64,000 nt of DNA from Octopus bimaculoides. Taxonomy: Eukaryota. A program made the position numbers and the translations under genes. The stretch spans positions 113,470,789-113,534,788 of the forward strand of contig NC_068981.1 of NCBI RefSeq assembly GCF_001194135.2, read 5' to 3'. This document shows, piece after piece, positions 21,225 through 33,700 of the stretch; within the stretch, counting starts at the first letter, position 1, and each line of letters begins with the position of its first letter. The notes under the pieces are model-generated. The model ran no database searches and was not told where the DNA came from. It worked only from the letters and a program-made list of their open reading frames with translations.

Positions 21225-24200
21225 TTTTTTTTATTGGGGCAATAAATGTCACACATAGATGGTACGATACAGGACAATACAAAAAAAAAATGTTATGAGA
21301 TCGAATGATGCTTTGTTTTTTTTTAAATTTTAATGAAATAATTAGATTTAATTTATAGTCTTTTTCCTTTTGGGAAGGGGATTATGCCCGGTTGCATCAA
21401 AGGCCCAGCGACGACCCCTTTCCTTTTTTCTTCCAATGCAAATCAAGTAGGGTTACTTTCACCCACCTTTCTTAACACAGCCTTCCATCTTTCCTCAAAC
21501 ACACTTCGCGACAGGATCATCTTCTCCAGCCCTATCTTGCTCTTCAGATGATATCTGAAGAATTGTAGCAAACCAGGGCCAGAGATGAAGGATCCCGTCA
21601 CGAGTCCTTGCATTCTAGTTTTCCACACACATTCTTTCAGTACAGCAACTGTACAGAAAAAACATACCTCACCTTTCTTTGAGAGTTCAGTGGGCGTTAC
21701 AATCTTTATTATAGATTCAGCCGATAGCTGTACTCTTCCTAATGCGACAACACGTGATCGACGTAAATCATCAAGCCTAACAACTCCCGACAATGTACAA
21801 AGGCGTGCTGGACAGTTTCATCGTCCAGCCCATATCTTGGACATATCGTTGGCACTGACATTCCGTGCCTGGATAACTTATCTCGAACAAGTAAAACATT
21901 CCTGTAACACTGCCAGGTCAGGGATTTTTGGTAATTATCCAAATACCCTGGCCCGAAAGTATTTTCGAACAGGTTGGTAAGTTGGTCCTCATCAAACCCC
22001 AGAGCTTCTCCTAGAGCGTCATCGTTTTTATGCTCTCCCATCTCTCTATATAAAACCGAGGTGGTGTTCCCACTACCGACCTTGCCCGTCTTGTGGATAA
22101 GCACGAGTTCCTGTTGACATTCCTTTTGCTATTCAGTCAGATTACGTCTTTTAATGAAACCGGGTTTAAATCGCTCCAAAGAAGCTGGTCGCAGAAGGAG
22201 TTCCTCTGCCAGCGGATTCCACACCTTATCACCTTCTAGGTAAGGTCAGAAATGCCTCAACCTCAACGCATGTCTGTGCATCATTAGCCAGGGCATCCCC
22301 AACCCACCCTTTAGCGGTTCCTGGCAGCAAACGGAGTGCCTCACAAGTGGCTTTCCACAAAAAGCGGAAAAGGAGGCGTTCCAACTTGTTTAACCACGAA
22401 TCGAGGCAAGGGACAACGGTCAGGTGGTAGGTGATTACAGATGCAATAAACATCTGTACCACCTCCGCCCTTCCTTTCAAGAACAGAGCCCTTCCAGACC
22501 AAGTCCGTAGAGCCTCTACCTTGTCTGCCACTCGCTCCAATTCTTCGTCCAGTCCAAATCAAACTCCAAGCAACTTAAAAGGATCATCTGTCCAGTGACC
22601 CACGACACTGGACGATATCGACTTGCTCCTCCAAGTGTCGAGGCGCAAGCCAATGGACTTGTCCCTTTTGTCCCTGCCACTGCTCCGTATCCTTTGATTG
22701 CATCTTCTACACAAGGTAGCTGCGCTTCATTGGACACGATGAAGGTGACGTCATCCGCATAAGCAGAGACCGACTTACCGCATCCAATTTCATTAGGGTT
22801 ACCTCCTAACTTCTCCAGCTTCCACAGCAATGGCTCAAGAGCCAACACATACATGGCGGAGATCCACTTACGGAAATCCGAGCCCATCCCAGGCACTTCG
22901 AAGACCGCCGTCAGGTACTGGTGGTCTACCCTATCAAACGCTTTATTTTGGTTTAAATGGACCATGGCCTCACCTATGCCGGTTAATTTACCCACCCTGT
23001 CTAAGGTGTAGCGGATAAGGTGAAGATTGTCCTAGATTGACCTGCCTGGGATGGCGCATGTCTGCGTCCTCCCTACAAGTTTCTCCACGACACACGTCAA
23101 CGTTTTAGCTAACACCTTGGCCAAAATCTTTAACTCTACATTAAATAGAGTTATGGGCCTGTAATTAATATTATCCCCCTTGCTCGGAACCTTCTGGATC
23201 AGCGTCACTGCTCCCCGACTCACAGAGCTGGGAATCCTCCCATTCTGTTGCCAGTTTGTGTAGACGCTAGCCAGCAGAGCCCTGAACAAGTTCGGCATAC
23301 TACGATAAAACTCATAGGGTAGACTATCCAGCCCAGGTGAATTGTCCCCGGCGCACTCGGCCAACACCTCTTTTACCTCCGCAGGAGTGATCGGTCATTC
23401 ACAGCATTCCGCCTCCCGTGCCGAGAGTCGCGGTCCACCGGCTAGAAAGTCCTTTAACGGCTCCACATGCCCAAGCGTTCCGCTCTCCCCGAACAACTGA
23501 GCGAAACGCCGATGAAAGGTCTTTTGCATAATTTCCTGTCCATAGATCTTGTGCCCCTGTTCGTCAGTTAAAGACTTTATAGAGGCTTTTTGCCCTTCTG
23601 ACTCTCCACACGACTTGCCCATTCGGTAGTGTTAACACCTTCTTGCCCCACTGCACGTAACTTAGCTCTAACTCTGCTGCCTTCGCGTTTGGCTTTGAGG
23701 AGTCCATGGCCTCGCCTAAATTATTAAGTAACTCCCCTTCTATCCTAGATCTATCTAAACTTAGTTGATTGCTAAATCTAATAGACTCTAAACGAATGGC
23801 TCTCCTTAGGGCGTGCCACCATCTATTATTAATGATAGCACCACATAGTGCCCCCTGTACTAACTCTTTAATCCGGGCACGGAAGTCTTTACAAATCAAA
23901 ATAGGCTTGTTCATCTTCCAGTACCCGGGTCCCTGTCTATGACATTTACCTACGCGTTCCTCACACGTCACAAATTTGTGGTCCGTGTAAGGTACAACAA
24001 AAAATCGTGAACAGCTAAAAGTATCCCTATCTCTTTCCCTAACGAATACTTTATCTATGTAAGATCTGCGTGAGCCGTCGTTATTACTCCATGTCTACTG
24101 TGGAACGCTCGGCTCATCTGGTCTGTAACGGTCTACTAGATTATAGCTCTCTAATAGACCCTTAAGTCCAGGATTTCCTTTCTTATCAGTCGAGCCAACA

Positions 24201-24819
24201 CTATCCACTCATGCATCAAGGATAGTGATAAAGTCTCCTAACAGAACAACCGTTTTTGACGTCACTAGAAAGTGTTCTAGGTTTCGAAAAAAAACCAGAC
24301 TGCCCTCGCTCGTTAGGATCGCAGACAGCTACCAGCCTGTAAGACTGTTTACTCACGTGGGTTGCATCCAGGACAACCAGCCTACCTTCTGGGTCCAGAA
24401 ATCAGTACTTATTGTAAGTCCAAGTTCTTCCAGAATAAGATCACCAAGCCCCACTCCTTGTCTGCTAGGAGCGATAAATTTCTCATAGCCATTCAAGAGA
24501 GGCGAGAACACTTGTGGTTCACTCATCTTGGACTCAGTTACAATGCACACATCTATATCATGTGACCTGAGGTCGTCCAGGAAACAAGTTTGTTTCCATT
24601 TCGACCCCAGACCATGCACATTCATGCACCCTAACTTAATCGACATGATAAAAAAAAATTTTAAGGAGTACTTTCAGTTTAAGTTGGGGTAGGGGTTGCA
24701 CAAGTTTTTCTCCCCCACATCTTTCTCTTTGCTTGGTGTAGCAGCTGGGCTTTCTCTAGGTGTGGTAGCCGGGCTTACAGTTAGCTTCCCCTTCCGCCAC
24801 CTCGGAGCTGACGTATTCG
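21225..24819 (-). mobile_element. Tx1/L1-like LINE copy A (end of ORF1, decayed ORF2, 3' UTR, A8 tail)
   Basis: APE MSIKLGCMNVHGLG (24646), PGYWKMN, SPGLDSLPYEFY, NKAFDRVDH, YADD, CPRYG..ETVQHAFVHC, stop at 21443; T8 at 21225-21232. Confidence 0.93.
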
Positions 24820-24821
24820 TA

Positions 24822-26332
24822 CATGTCAAAATTCTTTATTTATTTAATTTCTAATGAACATAAATGGGATATACCAATACTATATTTGCATACACATACA
24901 CAAACTAAGAATATGTAAAAGAAACTAATAAATTATAGTAACTAATGAATTTATATACAAATGTAAATATTTAGAGGTGAAAAAAGTATTCGTACAGAAC
25001 ATAAATAACTGATAATTCTGATTTAATACTTCGTAGCATAACCATTATTCAGTTCCACTTCAACCAATCTCTTCTTGTAGTTCTTAATCAATGACTCGCA
25101 TGTTTCTTTAGGAATTTTTTCCCATTCTTCTTGACAAATTTTCTTCAAATATGGAATGCACATTGGGGCTCTTGAATGAGTTTTAATTTTCAAATAACGC
25201 CACAAATTTTCAATGGGGTTCAAGTCGGGTGACTGGCTTGGCCATTCTAATAATTTTATATTGTGATTGACAATCAATATTTGGTAGGCTTCGCCGTGTG
25301 CTTAGGGTCGTTATCCTGTTGTAAAACCCACCCTTCACAAAGCTGGAGCTTTTCTACAGAGTCCCATAAATTATTGTTCAAATTATTTTGGTACATCTCT
25401 GCATTCATTTTACCATCTATCACATGTAAATTGCCAGTGCCATTTGCAGAGAAACACTCCTACACAATTATGTTGCCACCTCCAAACTTTACAGTAGGAA
25501 TTGTGTTTTTCGTCGAATAGGCGGTACCATCATTCCTCCAAACATGGCTACGCGAATTTCGTCCAAACAATTCAATTTTCGACTCGTCTGTCCAAAGAAC
25601 ATTTTACCAGAATGTATCAGATTTATCTTTATGTTCATAAACAAATTTTAAACGGACATCTCTATGCCTTTTAGTAAACAGTGGAGTTTTTATAGGAGAG
25701 CATGACTTCAGTTCATTCTTATGAAGTTCATTGCTGATTATTCATAGTGTGACACTAGACCCTGAAGCTAACAAATCTTCTTGCAGCTCCTTTCTGGTGA
25801 TCATTGCGTTTATTTTTGATACTTCACTTCATTTTTCTTAAAGATCTAGGGGAAATCATGCGTGGTGCACTGGATTTTATTCTGTTTTCAACAATTGCCG
25901 ATTTTTTATATCTTTGAATAAATGAAGATATAGTAGAAAATGGAATACAAAGGGTCTCTGATATTTTCCTGTAACTTTTACCGGCTTTCCACTGTTCAAC
26001 AATTAAGTTTTTCACTGAATTTGTGAGTTCTTTACTTTTCGCCATTATTAGGACACTACTTTATGTTGTCTCAGTGCTGAATGAAGAAGATAGCATTTTG
26101 ACACTTAAAAATGACTACTGATAAGATTATTGGAACAAACAAGAAAGTTCTAGTTAAAAAAAAAATTTAACAGTAACTCATAAATATTTATAATTGTATA
26201 TAGATTCATTAGTTACTATAATTTATTAGTTTCTTTTGCCTATTCTTAGTTTATGCATGTGTATGCAAATATAATATTGGTATATCCCATTTATATTCAT
26301 TAGAAATTAAATAAATGAAGAATTTTGACATG
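24822..26332 (-). mobile_element. Tc1/mariner DNA transposon with long terminal inverted repeats, decayed DD34E-type transposase
   Basis: TA-CATGTCAAAATTCTT... and ...AAGAATTTTGACATG ends with about 150-bp TIRs; MAKSKELT.. [38 protein letters not shown]. Confidence 0.95.
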
Positions 26333-26956
26333 NNNNNNNNNNNNNNNNNNNNNNNNNNNNNNNNNNNNNNNNNNNNNNNNNNNNNNNNNNNNNNNNNNNN
26401 NNNNNNNNNNNNNNNNNNNNNNNNNNNNNNNNNNNNNNNNNNNNNNNNNNNNNNNNNNNNNNNNNNNNNNNNNNNNNNNNNNNNNNNNNNNNNNNNNNNN
26501 NNNNNNNNNNNNNNNNNNNNNNNNNNNNNNNNNNNNNNNNNNNNNNNNNNNNNNNNNNNNNNNNNNNNNNNNNNNNNNNNNNNNNNNNNNNNNNNNNNNN
26601 NNNNNNNNNNNNNNNNNNNNNNNNNNNNNNNNNNNNNNNNNNNNNNNNNNNNNNNNNNNNNNNNNNNNNNNNNNNNNNNNNNNNNNNNNNNNNNNNNNNN
26701 NNNNNNNNNNNNNNNNNNNNNNNNNNNNNNNNNNNNNATATATATATCCAAATTAAGCAGCCATACATGTAGTAATCGAATCAAACTCAAAGTTGTTTTA
26801 GCCCATTGCAAACACGTTGAACCTAGTGTTGGTTGTTAGGGTGACTTCATATAAAAAGTTTGGAAATTCAATTTACGTTACGTAGGAAAAATAAAACAAA
26901 ATATTCTCGGTAATCTAATTAATTTCGTTATTTGAAACTACAGATTATTAGCTTAC

Positions 26957-27076
26957 CTTGAAGAGCGAAGCGCTTTGAAATTCTAAATTGTATTGGTTCA
27001 CGCCTAGAGGGGATCATATCAAAAACACCACAGCGTTTTTTCTGCATTTGTTTTATAGTAAATCTATCCAACTTTC
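26957..27076 (-). CDS. MMP: MMP coding exon 3 (cysteine switch and activation site)
   Basis: tttttcgcag acceptor; (G)KLDRFTIKQMQKKRCGVFD...RISKRFALQ(G); gtaagc donor, phase 1. Confidence 0.96.
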
Positions 27077-27510
27077 CTGCGAAAAATGAAAATATATAAA
27101 TCCACTATTAAACAATATCATTATTTAGCATATATTTCGCAGTTCTTTTGCATCATCATCATCGTTATCACCCTTTTGATAATAATTCCGTCATACTAAA
27201 GTCATAAGCGAAATTACTAGCAAGTAGTGAAATCCATACAAACAATATAATTATGTATATGTAATAAAATTCTAACGATACAACAATACACACATGCAAA
27301 AAAAAAAATCAAATATTAGTATACAGAAAAAGTACATGGACTATTTTGGAAAGTAAACGTTTGCTCAGTGTACGATTTTTTCAGATAAATAAATGAAAAA
27401 TAACATTACGATAATTTTCTACTGATTTGCAATTTGACACAGATGTAGATAATGGAGCTAAACTCACACACGCGAGCGCGCACATACACATACATACATG
27501 CATGCATGCA

Positions 27511-27544
<34 letters not shown>

Positions 27545-27552
27545 CATACATA

Positions 27553-28115
27553 CAAGACACTATAATGAAATCCGTCGAAAGGATAACTCGGAGAACAAAG
27601 AAATAAAGACCCACAATATGGTAGAAGTCATAGCCACTCATAATAAAAAGGAGTACTGGTGGAATGTCCCAGTGAAGACCTCAATAAAATGTATGCACAA
27701 CAGACCTGATATAATGATTCGGTATAGAGAAGAAAACCTGTGTACAGTTGTGGAAATTAGCTGTCCAGCGGATGTTAACATAAAGCTGAAGATCAGTGAA
27801 AAAGAGAATACCTACGCTGAACTATTGAGAAATCTGCAGTTACTCTATCCAGATTACAAGTTCAGGTTTATACCTGTAATTAATGGGGCCCTGTGATATG
27901 TAACACACTGCCTACATAACTATCTTGAGAAATTTGGCTCCTGAAAACCAAATGTAGAAAGCTAATTCGAAGACTGCAGATACAAACCATCACTGCAACT
28001 GTAAAGATCTGTAAAACTTTTCAGAGGTTTATCATTCAAATATATATGAGCATGTCTAAATATGCAACTATATGCATGAGAATACATACATAAAACAAAA
28101 CATACGAATCTACAC
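27553..28115 (+). mobile_element. 5'-truncated RLE LINE embedded in (CATA)n; relatives at about 42655-42950 (-) and 50060-50625 (-)
   Basis: EYWWNVPVKTSIKCMHNRPDI...VEISCPADVNI..K..EKENTYAELL; (CATA)n on both sides. Confidence 0.9.
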
Positions 28116-28194
28116 ATGTACATACATACATACATACATACATGCACACATGCACACATGCACACATGCATACATGCACACATACAGACATTAA

Positions 28195-28426
28195 TGCGGC
28201 GAGCTGGCAGAAACGTTAGCACACCGGGCGAAATGCTTAGCGGTATTTCGTCTGCCGCTACGTTCTGAGTTCAAATTCCGCCGAGGTCGATTTTGCCTTT
28301 CATCCTTTCGGGGTCGATTAAATAAGTACCAGTTACGCACTGGGGTCGATATAATCGACTTAATCCGTTTGTCTGTCCTTGTTTGTCCCCTCTGTGTGTA
28401 GCCCCTTGTGGGTAGTAAAGAAATAA
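28195..28426 (+). mobile_element. tRNA-derived SINE; related fragment at about 58535-58710 (-)
   Basis: A-box-like GGCAGAAACGTTAG and B-box-like GAGTTCAAATTCC; AT-rich end. Confidence 0.8.
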
Positions 28427-28470
28427 CACATACATACATACATACATACATACATACATACATACATACA

Positions 28471-28580
28471 AAAATATCCTGTTGTTGATGTTGAAATTCT
28501 AAAGAAGGAGCCTTGGATCTAGGTTAGAAACAAGCTCTTTCTCTATTAGCATGAAATCTTGAAATAAAACTGAACAATGA
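28471..28580 (+). mobile_element. 110-bp element flanked by (CATA)n; two tandem copies at 49696-49804 and 49853-49963 (-)
   Basis: Three similar copies, each bounded by CATA/TATG arrays. Confidence 0.8.
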
Positions 28581-28869
28581 CATACATACATGCATGCATA
28601 TAGTAGTAGGCATTTGTCGGTCTCGAGAGACCACGGATCTGCGCCCGAAGAAATCATGTCAGCTGCTGATGGTGGTGCAGCATCTGTTGTGGCTGTACAG
28701 GCCCACAAGGGAGTGACAGTCACGCATACAGCGACTGCATTTGAAGGAGCCTTTTGCCGGCGCTACTGGTTTTTCCTCCCATTGAGTGCGCTTTTCTTTG
28801 GTGGCGAGTTCCTGTTTTTCTTCCGCTTTTCTTGGTGGCGAGTTCCTGTTATACTACCATATTGTGGGT

Positions 28870-29350
28870 TCTTATTTCTTTCACAGTATTTGTCTCCAGT
28901 GTAGGCGATCATTTGCAACCTCCTCCCATCTCAGGACATCCAGATCAAGCGACTTCATATCTCTCTTACAGACATCTTTGAAATAATGATGAGGTCGTCC
29001 TCGTGCTCTTGTGCCGGCCGCCAACTTCCATAAAGGAGGTCTTTTGGGTCCTTCCGTCCGGCATGCGATGTACATGACTGAGCCAGCGCAAACGACGCTG
29101 CTGGAGCAGGGTGAGTATCCTGGTGCACTCCGGATTTTGCTTTCAGCCTCGGCAGACCAAGCAGTTTGCCGCTTGATCTGGTGTGGAGGTAAGCACCATC
29201 AGTTGATGTCCCAAATGCATGTTTCAGTATAATTGCAAAGAAGATGCCAAATAGGCTGGGAGCAAGCACACAGCCCTGTTTCACGCCCCTACGTATGTTG
29301 AAGGCCTCCGAGAAAGAGCCATCAGATTGAACGATGCCTTTCATGTCCGC
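28870..29350 (-). mobile_element. RTE-clade LINE fragment with internal deletion
   Basis: GVKQGCVLAPSLFGIFF...fused to RARGRPHHYFKDVCKRDMK. Confidence 0.85.
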
Positions 29351-30752
29351 GTGAAATGATTGGACAAATGGTGGTGCGCCCTGAAACGAGCTATTCGATT
29401 AGAGTCTCTTACATTTAGTAAAGTGCTAAGTTTAGAGGGGACTAGAATACAAAGGTAGTTAACTAAGGAATTAGAGGAGACCATAGCATCAGGTTCGGCA
29501 TCAAGAGTGTTGGCGGCGAGAACGGTATTATTTCGTCACCTCAAAGCCAAACACGAAGAGTGTAGAGTCAGGGCTAAGTTACGCGCGGTGGGCAGAGAAG
29601 GTATTAACGTTGCCGGATGGACCCGTGGTGTGGAGAGTCGGAGTGGCAGACAAGCCTCTGTACAGTCTTTAATTGACGAAAAGGGGCGTGTGATCGAAGA
29701 ACAGGAGATGCAGAAGGCCTTTCATCAGCATTTCACCCGTTGTTTGGGACGAGTGAGGAGTTGAACCACGGGAGCCCTTAAGGGATTTCCTGGCCGACGA
29801 GCAGCGATTCTCGGCGCGTGAGGCGAAGAGCTGTGAAGGGCCGATCACAGCTGCGGAGGTCGAAGAGGTGCTGGCCGAATGCGTTCGGGACAAGTCGCCA
29901 GGACTGGATGGTCTGCCCTACGAGTAGTATGCCGGACTTGTTCGGACACTTGCTGGCTTGCGTCTACACGAACTGGCAACAGAATGGGAGAATTCCAAGC
30001 TCTGTGAGTCGGGGAGTGGTAATACTGGTCAGAAAAAACCCGAGCAAGGGGGATCATATTAGTAATTTCAGGCCCATAACTCTACTAAATGTAGAGTTAA
30101 AGATTTTGACCAAGGTGTTAACAAAAAGCTTGACGGTTGTCGCGGAGAAACTTGTCGGAAAGGCGCAAAATTCTGCCATCTCTGGCAGGTCGATCCAGGA
30201 CAATCTTCATCTATTACGCAACACCTTAGACAGGGTGGGTAAAGTATCCGGTAAAGGTGAAGCTCTGGTCCATTTAGACCAAAGCAAAGCTTTCGATAGG
30301 GTTGACCATCGGTACCTGGCGGCAGTCCTTGAGGGAGCTGGGCCCAGACTTCCGCGGTAGGATCAAGGCCATTTATGGTGGCATCAAATCCACAGTGCAT
30401 CTGAACGGTTACCTGCCGGAGCCGTTCGAGACCAAGCGTTCAGTTCGTCAAGGGTGCCCCCTATCAAGTTGGTTTGCGGCTTAGCACCTGGAGCAGCAAG
30501 CCGATAACGTTCAGTATCGTAGGGCACTGGACGGATGGTCCTGTTAAGTTGCTCGAAGTTTGGTTTGGTCCGGACTCCCAGACGGAGAAGAATTAGAGTG
30601 AGGTGACGGACAGAGTAGAAGCGCTAACCTGGACCTGGTCCGGAAGAGCTCTGTCCCTGAAAGTGAGGGCGGAGGTGGTGCAGACGTTTATTGCGTCTGT
30701 TATCATTTACCGTCTGACCGTTGTCCCTTGCCCCGATTCGTGGCTATGCAAG
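29350..30752 (+). mobile_element. Tx1-like ORF2 fragment, same family as copy B
   Basis: NFRPITLLNVELKIL, QSKAFDRVDH; close similarity to 32950-34035. Confidence 0.9.
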
Positions 30753-30754
30753 AC

Positions 30755-33700
30755 GACATGGCGACAAGGCTGGACTTCCTTCTCTGCGAGATGGATTTCC
30801 CACTGGTACAGGAAGAAAACCAACAAGTCAACCAAGAAGAAGCGAAGAAAAAAAATATTTTAAGCCGCCGTAGGTGGAAAGTTTTGTGAAATTTAAATAT
30901 CTAAGGAGCAGTTGTTCAAATACAGGACTATGATTAAAAAGTGTGGCAACGAGACGAAACTGTTGCCACCTAAAGAGATAATTCAAAATTTGGCGGAAAA
31001 AACTGTTGTATATAAAATATACAACAGGAAAGATAAGCAGATCATGCCCATGAAAAACGATATTGTTGAGAAACGCCTCGCCCCCATATAGAGAAAAATA
31101 AAATATGTTGGGCGTGGTCCAAGAAATGCGACGGTGGAGGTGCAGTTTGAGAATGCAGACATTGCCAAAGAAATTTCAACTCAAACTCTCAAGACGGACC
31201 AAATAATGTTACTACCAAAATTATAATAGAGAAGATTATGGCCGGGTACGATGTCAATTGGATGGCGGCAGCAGTAATATACGACACAGAGGAGGAGATA
31301 AATATTTTAAGCATGAAGAAGAGAGAGGCAGTGAATTGGAAAGGTCAGACGCTAGAACTATTAGTACAAGCTTCTAACGAAACGCTAGAAGCAAAGCCCG
31401 ACAGAATATTCATAGGGGAGGGAATCAGCGCAAGAGTGTCGGTGGAGGGGCGTCGATCCAGATGCTTCAAATGTGGAGAAAAGGTTCACGTCCGCTCCGA
31501 GTGTGAAAAGGTAAAGAAACCGGCACAAAAAAGAACTGAAGTCCCTCCCCGACAAGAGAAAGACCAACTGGAGAAAGACCAACGGAAGAAGAACAACAAA
31601 GAAAAAGAAGAAGAAAAAGTAGAGAAATCACAAGATAAAGAAAATATGGAAGGAGAAGAAATGGAATTTGCCGTTGTATCACACAAAAGGAAAAAAGCCC
31701 TCACCCCAGACTTCCCTCCCCTGACAAGAAAAAGAAAAGAAACATTACAAAACACACATACATAAAAAAATAACCCCATCCCCTTCCAAACCAAAACCCA
31801 CCCCAACCCTCCCCCAAATCACACAGGGGGAAAAATAGTGTCGTACAGTACGAAAAACACAATCTTACATGGCTTATTAAAAAGAAAAAAAATTATACAA
31901 CATTGGGACCGATAGAAGGCAAACCGCCACATTTGTGGCTAGCTAGAGTGGACATGGAACACTATGAACAATTTAAACAACTATATCCAGAGGATATATT
32001 CGACGTAAGCCAGTACATAGTGAAAGAAAAAATTGTGCTGGCACCAGCGGCTACACCAGAAAAAGAAGAAACGGAAGGAGGGGACGACAAATGTCGTACA
32101 GCCCCTCCTCAAGTTTAAAATGTAAGTATGTTCAACTTTTACAATGGAAATTAAGTTAGGGTGTGTAAATGACGTGGCCTGGGATCGAAATGGAAGCAAA
32201 CCTCAGGTCACAGAAATTAGATATATGTATTGTGACTGAGTCCAAGTAGAACGGGCTACAGGTGTTCTCGCCTCTTCTAAATGACTACAAGAAATTTATT
32301 TCTCCTAGTCGGGGAGGAAGCGGGGGCGTGGTGGTGTTGTTCAGAAAAGCTTCGACGTACAGGTAAGTACAGTCTTTCTGGACCCAGAAGGTAGGTTGGT
32401 CGTCCTAGATGTGACACACGTGAGTAAGCAGTCCTTCAGGCTGGTGGCACTCAACACTCCGCATGAGAGTAGGCAAACGGGTTTTTTTTCGAGATCTGGA
32501 GAACTTTCTAGTAACGTCTACAACTTTAGTTTTAAAAGGAGACTTCAACACTATTCTCGACGCGCGAGTGGGTAGTGTAGGCTCGACCAATAGAAAGGGA
32601 AACCCTGGTCTAAAAAGGCTACTAGCGAGCTATAACCTAGTAGAGCGGTACAGACCGGATAAACCGCTCGTTCCACAGTGGACGTGGTCTAATAACGAAG
32701 GTTCACTCAGATCTTATCTAGATAGGGTAGTTATAAAAGATAGAGATAGAAACACAGTTGTCCACGCTTTTGTTGTACCTCCTACACCGATCACATTTTG
32801 ACTAGTAAAGTCTTCTGTACCCGGGTTAAGGAGTTAATTCAGAGGGCATTATGCGGAGCCATCGTAAATAATAGATGGTGGTGCGCTTTCAAGCGAGCCA
32901 TTAATTCAGAGTCTCTTAGATTTAGTAAAGAGCCAAGTTTAGAGAAGATTAGAATAGAAGGGCAATTAATTAAGGAATTAGAACCCATGGTATCCGGCTC
33001 TGCATCCAGAATACTGGCGGCGAGAACGGTATTACATCGTCACCTCAAAGCCAAACACGAAGGGTGTAGATTCAGGGCTAAGCTACGCGAAGTGGGCAGA
33101 AAAGGTATTAACGTTGCCGGATGGGCCCGTCGTGTGGAGAGTCGAAGAGGCAGACATGCCTCTGTACAGTCTTTAATTGACGAACAGGGGCGTACAATCA
33201 AAGGACAGGAGATGCAGAAGGCCTTTCATCAGCATTTCGCCCAGTTGTTTGGGACGAGCGAGGAGTTGGACAATCTTCATCTCTTACGTTACACTTTAGA
33301 CAGGGTGGGTAAAGTACCCGGTAAAGGTGGCGCTCTGGTCCATTTAGACTAAACTAAAGCTTACGATAGGGTTGACCATCGGTACCTGGCGGCAGTCCTT
33401 GAGGCGGCTGGGCGAGGCCTAGATTGCCACGGTTAGATCAAGGCCATTTATGGTGGCATAAAACTCAGTTCAAATAAACGGTTACTTCTCGGAGCCGTTT
33501 GAGATCAAACACTCGGTTCGTCAAGGGTGCCACCTGTCTTCGCTTCTATATGTATTGACTCTTGAGCCATTGCTGTGGAAGTTGGAGAGTTTGGGGGCAT
33601 CCCAAATGAAATCGAATGTGGTAAGAGTGTCTCTGCGTACACGGATGACGTCACCATCATCGCGTCCAAGATGACTCAGCTACCTCGCGTAGCAGAGGCA

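Noticed and set aside
26950-26985. Hammerhead-like CTTGAAGAGCGAAGCGCTTTGAAAT
   Set aside because: It is the antisense of MMP exon 3 (SKRFALQ); no stem I or cleavage triplet.
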